A DNA stretch of 64,000 bases, taken from NCBI GenBank assembly GCA_002269645.1, contig NIVC01001916.1, forward strand, positions 62,001 to 126,000, written 5' to 3'. Both the position numbers and the translations under genes were made by a program. How positions within the stretch are numbered: the first letter of the stretch is position 1; each line of letters opens with the position of its first letter. A model generated the notes under the pieces. It made no database searches, was not told the origin of the DNA, and saw only the letters and a program-made list of their open reading frames with translations. Positions 1 to 12,395 of the stretch are shown piece after piece. Source of the DNA: Macrostomum lignano. Its lineage: Eukaryota.

Positions 1-1107
1 ATAAACTAATTAGGGTTAAGCTAATGCTACAGTTTTTTGCTTTAAAGAGTATTTTTTGCGTTGTTTTGAATTCCTATGCTTGATCAGAAGCATCGCCTTT
101 TATACCCAGGGAGCGTTCGTTTACCACTATCCGTTCGTTCTTTAAAGTGCCCCACCCCAAACCTGTCTGGCTGACCGCTCCGTAGACGCTTGTATCCAGC
201 GAACGCAAAGCACGCCGCTTCGTTCCCTTACCTACCTCTAGCCTTTCAAAAGATTGTTTACTGCTCAATTGTTATCAATCTTAAATGGTTGCTCTATAAG
301 TTTCAAGCATTTCCCAAACTATTTTGCTAAGCAATTTTAGCTGGCAAATTTATTAGCCTTGCTACCTTGCGTCTACTGCTGCACTGGCCCAACAGACACT
401 TTAGGGCACGCGCTGTCTCTCGCGGTGCTTTCTGCGTTCGCCCTGAGGCACTAAAGTCTGTCCTTCTTGGCAGAACCCCTCGTAGAGCTCAAAGTGAGAT
501 TTCTATCGAAGCGACGCACAATAGCTTTCTTTTTATTAGTATGGTCAAACAATATGAAAACCCCTGGAGAGGGCTTTCGAATCAGGGCTGATATTGCAAC
601 TGCTTCTGTTGGGAGGTAAAAGCAGAGCGGGCTCCATTGCTATTGTGCTTCTCGGCGTGTGACTAGGTGAGATGAAAGTAAATAAGAGCTAGCTACTGAA
701 TTAAAATGGGTGGACGATTGCTTTAACTAAACTGTGTTAGTCTTACCACAGGCTCTGCTTTAGAGGCTTGAGAATTGCTTATTTGTGCATGCGAGCTATG
801 CTTTTGTGCAGGAAAAAACTACGTTTTCTATGCCCCGCATTAGTTCAACATATTATTTTAGAGAGCTTCTAGCCAAGTAATAAAAGTTGGAACTGCCTGT
901 AGGCAGAATTTTTTCATACTCATTCTCGAGTCTTTAATGTTGGTTATGAGCCTGCATATGCATGTCACCCACGTATGCGACAGATACAGGTCACCAATAC
1001 ATCTACCCGATGCATGTTACTGGTGCATGTTCAAGGACCACTAGAAACTAGAAACTTAGGAAACCTAGAAAATTGCACTTCTGCATGCCTAAGACGCAGA
1101 GGGAGTG

Positions 1108-1850
1108 GAATGACACGTGGTAATTGAGCTACACATCAGGGAGTGGAGTGACGCATAGGGGAGTGGAGTGACGCATAGGGGAGTGGAGTGACGCATAGGG
1201 GAGTGGAGTGACGCATAGGGGAGTGGAGTGACGCATAGGGGAGTGGAGTGACGTATAAGGGAGTGGAGTGACTGATAAAGGAGTGGAGTGACGCATAGGG
1301 GAGTGGAGTGACGCATAGGGGAGTGGAGTGACGCATAGGGGAGTGGAGTGACGTATAAGGGAGTGGAGCGACGCATAAGGGAGTTGAGTGACGCATAGGG
1401 GAGTTGAGTGACGCATAGGGGAGTGGAGTGACGCATAAGGGAGTTGAGTGACGCATAAGGGAGTGGAGTGACGCATAAGGGAGTTAAGTGACGCATAAGG
1501 GAGTTGAGTGACGCATAAGGGAGTTGAGTGACGCATAGGGGAGTGGAGTGACGCATAAGGGAGTTGAGTGACGCATAGGGGAGTTGAGTGACGCATAAGG
1601 GAGTGGAGTGACGCATTGGGGAGTTGAGTGACGCATAGGGGAGTGGAGTGACGTATAAGAGAGTGGAGTGACGCATAGGGGAGTGGAGTGACGCATAAGG
1701 GAGTTGAGTGACGCATAGGGGAGTGGAGTGACGCATAGGGGAGTGGAGTGACGCATAAGGGAGTTGAGTGACGCATAGGGGAGTGGAGCAACGCATACGC
1801 ATAGGGAAACGGAGTGACACAGGAGGGAGTGGAGTGACGATAATGCAGTG
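1108..1850. repeat. 20-bp minisatellite (GAGTGGAGTGACGCATAGGG), about 33 copies
   Basis: Direct tandem periodicity of 20 nt; it explains the repetitive ORFs at 1089-2019. Confidence 0.97.
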
Positions 1851-2099
1851 GAGTAATACAGGAGAAAGTGGAGAGACTACAGACAGTTACTTCGTCTTGG
1901 TTTGCTTGGTTACTGCTCCAGAGATCAGTATTTTTACTGATCTCAAAATACAAACTACATGTTATAGTACGAGCTATAACCAGATGAAACATGCAGCCAG
2001 TTTTGTCGTTGGATATCACTTTCCAAAGAAATTGTTTTGGCAGTTTGTAACGCTATAGGCAGTCTTCACGCAGTCTTCATCAAACTAGTCATTCCTTAC

Positions 2100-3620
2100 T
2101 AGCCACCTCGGATCAGTAGTGATAACTGCGTCTGACCCAAGCATTAGGCCAGTAAATCAAACCTTGGTCTTCATCCAATATTTCCGTTGTTTTCGTCATT
2201 GCCGTTGAAACGATGAAGGTACATTAGAGTTTTATTCCGTTCAAACGTATTCATCTGAGCGCGCCGTCGACCACTGCTAGTTGAAACCTTTCGAGGCCGT
2301 TTTCTGAATCGGCTGGAAATAGGTGCCAGATTCGGTATGAATCGATTCAAAAATTGACCTAATCCCACGAAGTATCTCAACTCAAGTGAGTTTATCGGCT
2401 GCTTGAATGTTTGTGAAAGCTTTTATCATAGCATCTTGATACGAGCTATCATCATGGATGTTTAGCACTCCTGTTAGGCCTGCCAATATTCTTTTACATC
2501 GCCGATTGGCATGCAAAACAACAACAACAACAACAAAAAATTACACAGCCTCGCTGTTTGCTAGCCACGCAGGGCGCGTCAGATGGCACGCCGCAGAGCC
2601 TGAGAGTGGACGAAGTCCGCCCCGTTGGCAGTGTCGGGCACCCCGGCGTCGCGTAGGAGGCAGCTCACGTATCGACAGGTTTGGGCCTGACCCCGCCTCT
2701 AACTGGCCCTGCAAGGTGAGCAGCAGGACGTCCTGAACAGGTTGGGGGCAGTAGCCCTCGGCCCGGATCACGTGGCCGCCCGCCAGTTGAAGTCGCCGCC
2801 GGCGCAGGATGGTGGACGGGCGCTGCAGCTTGGCCCGATCGTACAGGGCCTCGGTCCCGACGCTCTCGTCAGCTCGAAAGGCCGCACGGAGCAGCCCTGA
2901 GTGCGCCGAGTCCAGCTGCCGCTCCAGCGTAGCCGTCAGCGTTCGTCTCAGCGTTGTAGAGCAGGACGGTTTCGACCACCGCCTGCCACAGCCGAGCCCT
3001 CTGGCGGTCGGGCAGCGCTTCGGACTGGAGGATGCCCAGATCGAAGGAGGGCCGCCCAGGCAAGTCCTCTGCGCCACCGGAGGCCTTCCTCCACGTGGGG
3101 GCACCAGACCGCCGGGGTACATGTAGGTGAACCGCTGCCAGCGTGCGAGCTTGGTAGTCTGCCCGGCTGTGCCGCGGCACATCAGGTCCGCTGGGATGTC
3201 GGCCGGCACACAAAAGAAGAGTTAAACCCAACCCATTGATACGCGCTTGTAACGCATGAGTGGTCAGTAGACAAATGAAAATTATTGAAAGCTTGCACGA
3301 CTTCTCGCGCAATTCTAATTGAAGAAAAATTTCACCTGCATTAACCGGTTGATTAGCCGATGCTGGGCAGAGGTTGGTACTCTCTTTGCATCGCCTCATT
3401 GAAGTCTCTCAGATTGAATCTTGCCAAGCTATCATCAACCGTGACATCCAATCCGATGTGAATTTTACACGCTCGGTGATGCCTTCTTTCATGCGCCTTA
3501 AGTTCTTCGGACAGCTTGTCCGAAGACTATGGATTCGATTCCATCATTTACCTACCGATTCCTTGAATGATTTTGTTAACAATGAACACCAGCATTGCCT
3601 TTTTCAACGATTAATTTTTA
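2100..3620 (-). mobile_element. Decayed Ty3/Gypsy pol (reverse transcriptase) remnant, interrupted by an RTE LINE
   Basis: Minus-strand peptides GITERVKFTSDWMSRL and EIFLQLELREKSCKLSII (3230-3560) and RYFVGLGQFLNRFIPNLAPI (2171-2380) resemble Gypsy RT motifs (GIIE.V..SDW.S; AFLQI.L.E.S.KL; FLGL..Y..RFIPNLA); stops and frameshifts are present. Confidence 0.6.
2515..3215 (-). mobile_element. 5'-truncated RTE-clade non-LTR retrotransposon (3' end of RT ORF), frameshifted
   Basis: Frame-switching peptide LWQAVVETVLLYNAET / TLTATLERQLDSAHSGLLRAAF / LRRRRLQLAGGHVIR matches the RTE RT C-terminus (LLYG.ETWTL...RL.G...R.LR; RRL..AGHV.R); short (TTG)n tail at about 2516-2535; GC-rich island in AT-rich surroundings. 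Confidence 0.8.
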
Positions 3621-4324
3621 TCATTCAAGTAAAAGCTGCTTTCTTATCACATGTTAGTATTTAGCGCCTTGAATCCTCGGTTGCATTTTCTCTGGATTCA
3701 GAGTTCACCCCGCGTTTCAACATAGAGACAAGGATGTAGTCTACTACAGTACATTGGTCTTTGCATCGATATAGGCCGCGTTTTGTCATTGGATACGAGC
3801 ACTTCGTGGTTTTGCGAGATTGTACTCGTGTAACTAAGTAGAAACCGGTCAGAGAAATCTTCTATTCCTGATGATAATTGCTGGTCACGTTAGACGTGCA
3901 AAAGAAAATGAGCTCGAAATGTTGATTGTTATCAATTTTAGCTACGAGTACTAAAATTTGCAAGGCACCGCGTTTACTGCTACAGTTTTGTATGCAGTTT
4001 TGTCGTTTATTCAAGAACAAAAAGCAAAAATAATTTGCCAAAATATGGGCCTAGAAGCAGAAGTCTTGAAAATACACTTACAAATAGTGTCTTGTTAGAC
4101 CTTCTACTAGTACAGTGTGTATACTCGTACGTATTCAGACGCAGTGTTGTGCAAGTGCAATCAGCATAGGTGCAACGTCATGGATTTAACCTTTGCGAAA
4201 CCATGACGGCACCAGAAGATGGGATACTCGGTTTAATGCCCTGCACCTTGGCTGCTGAAAAATAGTGGAGATTGTAAACAAAATGAGGTAACCGAACTTG
4301 ATGTGTCAGTTGATGTGTCAGATG

Positions 4325-4650
4325 GTGCGTCAGGTGAGTGGTGTATCAGGTGATTAGTGTGTCAGATCAGGTAAGTGGTGTGTCAGGTAATTGGTGTGAC
4401 AGGTGAGTGGTGTGTCAGGTGAGTGGTGTGTCAGGTGAGTGGTGTGTCAGGTGAGTGGTGTGTCAGGTGAGTGGTGTGTCAGGTGAGTGGTGTGTCAGGT
4501 GAGTGGTGTGTCAGGTGAGTGGTGTGTCAGGTAAGTGGTGTGTCAGGTAAGTGATGTGTCAGGTAAGTGATGTGCCATGTGAGTGGTGTGTCAGGTGAGT
4601 GGTGTGTCAGGTGAGTGGTGTGAGTGGTGTGTCACTTGATAGGTGTGTCA
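4325..4650. repeat. 16-bp minisatellite (GTGAGTGGTGTGTCAG), about 18 copies; same unit recurs at 23868-24027
   Basis: Direct tandem periodicity. Confidence 0.95.
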
Positions 4651-4959
4651 GTGGTAGGGGGTGTGTAAGAAACTCACGCTTTTGAGTAAGCTGTTTTCTC
4701 GAAGCTTTCATGGAATCCATCTTTTGCTGAGCTGCAAGCGGAATAATAGGGAGTTGAATTGATGTGCAGTAGTTGGCAGTTGATAGAGGCTGATATTCGC
4801 GATAAAATTCACAAAACTGATTCCGTACAGACCTTTTGCCACAATGACCTTTTCTCGGTTCTTTTCCTCTTTATGGATCTTGTCTGCAAAAATGAAAAAT
4901 CGATTTCTTAATTCCAATCTTGATTCACGGATAAGGTGGCACAGAAGCAAGGAGTGACG

Positions 4960-5545
4960 TATGTTTGTAGAGTGACACAGAATGCAGTAGAGTGACACAG
5001 AATGCAGTAGAATGACACAGAATGCAGTAGAGTGACACAGAATGCAGTAGAGTGCCACAGAATGCAGTAGAGTAACACAGAATGCAGTAGAGTAACACAG
5101 AATGCAGTAGAGTGACACAGAATGCAGTAGAGTAACACAGAATGCAGTAGAGTAACACAAGATGCAGTAGAGTAACACAGAATGCAGTAGAGTAACACAA
5201 AATGCAGTAGAGTAACACAAAATGCATTAGAATGACACAATATGCGTTAGAGTGACACAATATGCGTTAGAGTGACAAAAAATGCGTTAGAGTGACACAG
5301 AATGCAGTAGAGTGACACACAATGCAGTAGAGTGACACACAATCCAGTAGAGGGACACAGAATGCAGTAGAGTGACACAGAATGCAGTAGAGTAACACAG
5401 AATGCAGTAGAGGGACACAGAATGCAGTAGAGTGACACAGAATGCAGTAGAGTGACACACAATGCAGTAGAGTGACACACATTGCAGTAGAGGGACACAG
5501 AATGCAGTAGAGTAACACAGAATGCAGTAGAGTGACACAATGCAG
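4960..5545. repeat. 20-bp minisatellite (AGTAGAGTGACACAGAATGC), about 29 copies
   Basis: Direct tandem periodicity. Confidence 0.96.
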
Positions 5546-5927
5546 TAGCAAAGAATCTAGTAGGTAAAACAGATACAAGCTGAGCGTTTAATCGAATGCA
5601 GGGCTGTCTACTTACATCGCCTGTAACCGTCATAGTATGCATAGTACGGATTTAGGACGCATCCTAGTGATTCATGTACTAACTGAGGCAGCAAAACGAT
5701 GCACAGTGGTAGCAAAAAGAAATTCCAAACTTTTAGATACATTTTGCTCACTAGCGAATATACAATTGCGTGCTTAATAATCTCTTTCAAAGTTCAATGA
5801 AAATTTTTTCTTTAATTTTGTAGATTTGCTACTCACATGTACATATTAGTACTATGCCATAGACATAAGTGCGATAATATAATTCAAGGCCTAGAAAGGA
5901 ACTTTAATAAATCCATATGACAGATTA

Positions 5928-6046
5928 GATTATGGAGTGTCAGATGAGATTGTGGAGTGTCAGATGAGATTGTGGAGTGTCAGATGAGATTGTGCAGTGT
6001 CAGATGAGATTGTGGAGTGTCAGATGAGATTGTGGAGTGTCAGATG
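5928..6046. repeat. 20-bp minisatellite (TGTGGAGTGTCAGATGAGAT), about 6 copies
   Basis: Direct tandem periodicity. Confidence 0.93.
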
Positions 6047-6149
6047 ACCCCTGAGCTCGCAGGTTGTACAGCTTCCCTGACTCTCAAATCGGCGGGCATG
6101 TACAGCCTGTGTGCCTTGGAGTTTATAAAGTAAAGCTAAAGAAAATAAA

Positions 6150-8730
6150 CTTGTTAATACGCTCGTAGATAAGAAAATTATGATTCGTTTAGAAAAGTTT
6201 AAGCGTTAAGTCAGTTGAAGATTCTCATCCAGAAATCTCATCCAGGCCTGTGCTGCAGCCATACAGTCTGGAAAAAGAGGCCACTCTAACCACTGACGCC
6301 TCCAAAGGTGCGCTTGCGGCTGTTTTGACCCAGGACGGGCACCCCGTGATTTACATCTCCAGGACTCTCTCATCCGCAGAAGCTAACTACTCAAACATCG
6401 AACGAGAGGCCCTGGCGATTTTCTGGGCAATCCATAGGCTGACACACTATCTGCACTATCTGTAGGGCCGAAAATTCACATTCCATTGCGCACCTCTTCC
6501 AGAATCAGCCGATGGGCGTTGTTTCTAATGCAATTCGACTTCACTCTGGAATACGTACAAGGGACAAAAATTCCGCATGCCGACGCGCTCTCCCGACTCC
6601 GGTTCGAAAACGCGGATCTTGAGCCTAGCAGTACCTTTTGGGCGATAAACTGCGTTGCCTTTGAATCCCCAACCATCGATCCACACAGAATAATATCCGA
6701 AATGGAGTCAGACTGGTGACTGGCGAGACTGCACACAAGCAGAGGCAGCCTTTAAGAAAGTCGCGGAAAACCTGACCCTAGAGAATGGCCTGATCTACAT
6801 GCGCCGCCGAGCATTCATTCCACCAAGGCTCAGACGAGAGGCCTTCGACACAGTGCATGACACTCATACGGGTTCCAACGCAGCGCACAAGTTGCTTGCA
6901 CAGACCTGTTGGTGGCCCGGTATGCAGAGGGACGTGGAGCGATTCGTTCATCAATGCCAGGCATGCACTCAGTTAAGACCTCGTCGACAAAAAACTCGGG
7001 ACACTTGGCCACCTGCCACCGCTCCATTTCAAAGAGTGCACATGGACTGGGCTTTTGTACCAGCCGTTGGCAACATTCTCATCGTGGTTGATGCGTACTC
7101 GGGCTGGATAGAAGCTTTCCCCACAAAGGACAGATCAGCAGACAGCGTCATCAACTCGCTGCAAACGGTTTTTACTCGCTTTGGTGTTCCGGAGCTGGTT
7201 GTTTCGGACCAGCTCGTTCACCTCAGCTCCACTACTCGCCTGGTTGGAAAAGAATGGTGCTCGTAAGATGGAGAGCCCTCCATATTCCCCTCAATCTAAT
7301 GGTGCAGCTGAGCGAGCCGTCCAGACTGTCAAGAAAGCCTTGCAGGCATGGACCCAGCGTCTAACACATGGCAGCTTTATCGCTTTTTTGCAGAGGGCTC
7401 TGCTACATCATCGCAATTCTTTAACTTCACGCGGACGAACCCCTGCCGAGCTCGTGCTAGGACGGCGACTTCGGGTTCCGGTGGTCTCCACCTTCCAGCA
7501 GGGCGACCCGGTGCAGTTCAAGGCCAACGGTGACACCACCAGCTCTCGAGCTGATGTCTCGAGCTGATGTCACAAGGGCGCAACACCTCCTGGCTACTGA
7601 CGGGCGCCAAACTACACCTGGCTTCAAACAATCAATTCGGCCCGCTGGCTCCTGCCTCTGAAGCCGATGAGGAAGAAAAGTTCACCAACAACCACAAACT
7701 AACATGCCTGAGATTCCCCCAGAGATCGCTCCGACAAGAAGAATCACTAGGGCAGGGGTCGGCAACCTCCGGCCCGCGGGCCAGATCCGGCCCGCAAAGA
7801 CTTTCTATGCGGCCCGCGAACTTCCTTAATCTTAATTATTACAATCCGGCCCGCACCTTTATTGTAACTTCATTGTTTCTCCTACAAAAGTTTTGTGCAC
7901 TAATAATGGGAAATTTCTTTCCTTAATTGCCAACTTTAATAACAAATTAGTTAACAATGAGACCCAAACTGATCGTGTAAGTGGCTGTTTACAAACTCTA
8001 GACAGACAGCACATCAGTTCAAACTTTCGAATATGGTATGGGGGGGGGTAAAGGCCCAGGGGGGGCAGATTTTGGAGGGTAAAGACCCAGAGGGCGGATT
8101 CTGGAAGGTAAAGACCGACGGGGCGGATTCTGGAGGGTAAAGACCCATGGGGCGGATTCTGGAGGGTAAAGACCCATGGGGCGGATTCTGGAGGGTAAAG
8201 ACCCATGGGGCGGATTCTGGAGGGTAAAGACCCATGGGGCAGATTTTGGAGGTAAAGACCCAGAGGGCAGATTTTTTAGGGTAAAGAAAGACCCAGGGGG
8301 GGGGGCGAAGTAATCGGGGGACGACCTGTGGCCCGTGGTCTTGAACTGAAAACCTCATCGGGCCCTCAAGTGGAAAAAGGTTGCCGACCCCTGCACTAGG
8401 GTGAGGAATCCCCCAAATCGCCTTGTGCCGTAGGCTCAGACTGAGTAAGCCGTGATCGCGTTATTTCACTGACTTTGCGAAGTTTACTAGCTAGTTCTTA
8501 AAGTTTGTTTGTTTGACTGTCTTGCGGACGTCGTTATCCATCGTCTTCCGTTGCAGACGGGGACATGTGGTAGTGGCTGCTAGCTAGAGCTAGCGTTGTT
8601 GCACTTTACCGCAGTTTTGAACGAAACTCTGCCGACAGCTTCGTTCAAACTACGACAGTTGTTAATACGCTTGTAGATAACAAATGTATGATTCGTTTAG
8701 AAACGTTTAAGCGTCAAGTCAGTTGAAGAT
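6150..8730 (+). mobile_element. Defective Ty3/Gypsy LTR retrotransposon (RNase H-integrase part) with LTR-like fragments
   Basis: RNase H motifs LTTDASKGALAAVL, SRTLSSAEANYSNIEREALAI and ADALSR; integrase HHCC (HDTHTG..WWPGM..C..C) and DDE core (VHMDW, VVDAYS, SPPYSPQSNGAAER); in-frame stops and frameshifts. A ~70-bp direct repeat lies at 6153-6222 and 8660-8730. A purine tract followed by TGTGG at 8566 is consistent with a PPT/3' LTR start. gag, PR and RT are missing. Confidence 0.9.
7753..8393. mobile_element. Non-autonomous hAT (Charlie-like) MITE, 641 bp, carrying an internal 30-bp tandem repeat
   Basis: Perfect 16-bp TIRs CAGGGGTCGGCAACCT/AGGTTGCCGACCCCTG and perfect 8-bp TSD CACTAGGG (7745-7752, 8394-8401) with central TA; internal repeat at about 8062-8280. 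Confidence 0.95.
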
Positions 8731-8979
8731 TGTTTGTTTATTAATTCTCGGAGGCTGTGTATAACATATAGTAGGCACATAGCAAAGATAAGGAAGTATG
8801 TGGTTAACAGATAGGTCCATACATATCGCGCAAGAGTGTGTCAGAAAAACTGTGACTTAAGAGAAGCTACGTAAGTAAATAAGCATTAGTTATTTATTTA
8901 TTCACGAGTGTCGTTGCGCACACAAATTTCAAAGAAATTCTGCTTTGAAAAAAAATATAACGCGCTCAAAGAAGCAGTT

Positions 8980-10795
8980 TCAAGGAAGCTCAAAACTGCG
9001 CTGTCGAAGTCGTCCGCCGCCGGACTTGCCAACCACCGGATCGCCCTGCCTGCCGTCCGTGGCCGTCACCACGATGCGCGGTTGGTCGGCGGCGGATGCC
9101 GCTGCAGCCACGCCGCCACCGAGGCGATCGCGGCGACGACTGTCAAAGTCGGCTCCGCTCCGACCTCTGCTCAAATCCGACCTGTCGAAGTCGGCTCCGC
9201 TCCGACCTCTTCTGCTCAAGTCCGACCTGTCGAAGTCGGCTCCGCTCCGGCCGCTGCTCAAGCCCGATCTGTCGAAGTCGGCTCCGCTACGGCCGCTGCT
9301 CAAGCCCGACCTGTCGAAGTCGGCTCCGCTCCGGCCTCTGCTCAAGTCCGACCTGTCAAAGTCGGCTCCGCTCCGACCTCTGCTTGATTCTGACCCATCA
9401 AAGTCTCTGCTCAAGCGACTACGACCAGTCTCAAGATCTAGCGGGCTCTTCCTCTCTTGGGCCTTGTCGGAAGCGCCGAGGCCACTCAGCCGATCAAACT
9501 CTCGAGGGCTCCTTTTCAGATCTTTTTCGGGGTCCTGCGCGGTGGTCCGATCTTTGCCGGAGTCAAGGTTGCGGCCCAGTCGCCTGGCGGAATCTGACGC
9601 AGGACTTTTGTCTTTGCTCCTGTTGAACTCGTCCGTTTGCAACCTGTCGGCACGTCTGATGTCGAAGCTTCCACCAAACTTCTTCTCTGGCGGCGGCGCT
9701 GAGGGCTTTTTTTCTGCCCCTTGGAGCCCGCGGCGATCCGACTGGCTTTTGTCGCTGTTCAGAGTTCTTGGACTGCGCTTCTGGTCCTCGGATGATTTGG
9801 TAGGTCGTTTTGAGGAGTCGTCCAACCCCTTGCCAGTTCTCTTCTCCTCGCCTGTCAGCTTTTTGTAGCTCTCTGCAGCCTTCGAGCGCAGCTTCGGCTT
9901 GCCGAACGCGTCCAGCGAGCTCTCGCTGTCAGAAGTCGCTAGCCGGCCCGCCTGACGGCCTGGCGATGCAACCTTTCGGCTGGCGCCGCTCGGCGGAGTC
10001 TTGCCAACCGGACGTCTTTTCTTGCTGCGCTCGTCGTCTGAAGACGAAGTTGACGAACTCGAAGAGTCTGAGGAAGCAGCGCGGCCTCGAGCTGATTTTG
10101 ATTTCTTCTTGGCAGCCGCAGCAGCTCGGCTCTGCTTCTGCTGCTCCTCCAATCGTTTCCGTTTCTTCTCCTGCTGCTTCTTTTTCTTCTCCTCTTCGGC
10201 TTTCTGCTTCTCGAGCAGCTCTTTGCTGATTCGTTCGAAATTCTCATTGTCACTGCACAATCGCAGCTGACGGTAAAGCAGCTTGCCGGAGTCCGACGCC
10301 GGCAGCTCCACCGTCTTGTCCTTCTTCAGCCAGGCCTGGTCCTTGGACTGCGGCACGAACGTCACCTGCACGGCGTAGGGCAGCTTCACCGAGCCGTGGT
10401 TCGGATCGAAGTCGTCGTGCGACTTCACGGAGTCCACCGACTCTCCGTCGGACGCTGAGCTGGTCTTATCAGAGCCCGTTGCGTCGCTGTCCTCGCTGTC
10501 GCTGGGCTGATCTGAGCTCTTCAGGCTGGCGCGGCGGCGGCTGCGACCGAAAAACCCGGCGCTGGCATCGACGGAGTCCTCGGCCTCTTCGTCCGACCTC
10601 CTCCGCTTGCCCTTCTTGGCGCCGCTCCTGTCCTCCAGTCTCTGCTTTTTACGTTGCTTCTCTCTTGCGTCGGCGTTCTCGAACAGGATTTTGCCCTTGT
10701 CCTGGGTCAGCCCGTCTGGCATCTTGTTGGAGAACTGCAGCCGCTGCAGGTGCTGCAGAATCTCCTCCATCACCAGGTACTTGGTCACTACGATC
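8980..10795 (-). CDS. Large terminal exon (about 605 codons) encoding a K/R/S/D-rich, largely disordered region with 12-13-aa repeats (RSGADFDRSDLS); probably the last exon of the PLAT-domain gene
   Basis: 602-aa open frame, GC-rich codon usage, acceptor ctcccag|ATC at 10796. The link to the upstream PLAT exons is inferred from strand and position; intervening exons are not resolved. Confidence 0.7.
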
Positions 10796-10849
10796 TGGGA
10801 GTTTCAGGATTTGGGGGGATAACATTTCGTAAAGTGCATCATTATCGCA

Positions 10850-11106
10850 ATAACAATTGATTACACCTGCCGTAATGGGAAGATGTGCAACCGACAGCTC
10901 AGCCGCAGCTATTGCGCGGCGCATCTGAAGGCTGCGTACGGCTGTTCAGTCCAAGGACTGGGGGGTCGCCACACACACCCTCAATTACCCCCAGCTAATG
11001 CTGGCACCCATTTTACAGCAGAGTCAAGTGTCTTGCTCAAGGACACAAATTGTTCCTGACCTTTCAGTCATGAGTCCGACTCTCTCAGTACTGGGCTACC
11101 AACCCC
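10850..11106 (-). mobile_element. tRNA-derived SINE copy (internally deleted), same family as 21564-21875
   Basis: The reverse complement shares the head, the CCTTGAGCAAGACACTT..CTGTAAAATGGGTGCC core and the 3' tail with the 21.6-kb copy. Confidence 0.85.
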
Positions 11107-11499
11107 ACAACAACATTGACAGAGATATGAAAATGAAAAGCAAGAGAAGCAAGGCCAGCTTTTTCTTTTTCAAATGATCTGGGTGATTTACAACATTTCA
11201 TAAAACACAATATCTAATTAAAATACGACAGACAGCGGCTTATCAAAAAAAATTTGCTGCTCAGAAACTTCTGGGTCCACCTGTGCAGCACTACGGATGT
11301 TACCTGTTCTGCTATATTAATTAAGCCTTCTCTTTTAAGGTTAGAGCTGTATGAGTAATACAGTGGCTCTGCCAATGTCTAAATATCACGGGCCGGGTTT
11401 TTTAAGCTACTGAAAGTAGACATTCTAAACACTCGTAGAGAGGGAAAATTTCTAAATTATTCAACATTATTTGTCGCTGCAAAACCAATTTTCGCATGA

Positions 11500-12395
11500 G
11501 TTTTTGTCTGGGTTTGGGTTCGGTTTGTTATTTGATTTGGGGTTCAGGTTCGGGTTCCGGTTTTGGTTTGGTTTTGGGTTTGGGTTTGGGTTTTGGGTTT
11601 GGGTTTGGGTTTGGGTTTGGGTTTGGGTTTGGGTTTGGGTTTGAGTTCGGGTTTGGGTTTGGGTTTGGGTTCGGGTTTGGGTTTGGGTTTGAGTTTGGGT
11701 TCAGGTTCGGGTGCAGGTTCGGGTTTGGGTTTGGGTTTGGGTTTGGGTTTGGGCTTGGGTTCGGTTTTGGGTTTGAGTTCAGGTTTGGGTTCGGGTTTGA
11801 GTTTGGGTTAGGGTTTGGGTTTGGGTTTTGGGTTTGGGTTTGGGTTTTGGGTTTGGGTTTGGGTTTGGGTTTGGGTTTGGGTTTGGGCTTGAGTTCGGGT
11901 TTGGGTTTGGGTTTGGGTTCGGGTTTGGGTTTGGGTTTGGGTTTGAGTTTGGGTTAGGGTTTGGGTTTGGGTTTTGGGTTTGGGTTTGGGTTTTGGGTTT
12001 GGGTTTGGGTTTGGGTTTGGGTTTGGGTTTGGGCTTGAGTTCGGGTTTGGGTTTGGGTTTGGGTTCGGGTTTGGGTTTGGGTTTGAGTTTGAGTTTGGGT
12101 TTGGGTTTGGGTTTGGGTTTGGGTTTGGGTTTGAGTTTGAGTTTGGGTTTGGGTTTGGGTTTGGGTTTGGGTTTGAGTTTGAGTTTGGGTTCAGGTTCGG
12201 GTGCAGGTTCGGGTTTGGGTTTGGGTTTGGGTTTGGGTTTGGGCTTGGGTTCGGGTTTGGGTTTGAGTTCAGGTTTGGGTTCGGGTTTGAGTTTGGGTTA
12301 GGGTTTGGGTTTGGGTTCAGGTTTGGGCTCGGGTTTGGGTTTGGGTTTGGGCTTGGGTTTGGGTTCGGGTTCGGGCTTCGGTTTGGGTTCGAGTA
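11500..12395 (+). repeat. Degenerate telomere-like (GGGTTT)n hexamer array, about 145 units, intronic
   Basis: GGGTTT dominant, with GGGTTC/GAGTTT/GGGCTT variants and only about 3 TTAGGG units; higher-order block duplications are visible. Confidence 0.95.

Noticed and set aside
74-591. Possible continuation of the minus-strand Gypsy remnant
   Set aside because: The motif resemblance is too weak to call by eye.
1089-2019. Long repetitive ORFs (MRHSTPLCVT...)
   Set aside because: They are translations of a 20-bp minisatellite; the same applies to the ORFs at 4708-5642, 13200-14230, 21802-22357, 33196-34071, 36572-37287, 50566-51529 and 52630-53229.
11500-12395. True telomere
   Set aside because: The tract is internal, flanked by unique sequence and mostly non-TTAGGG.
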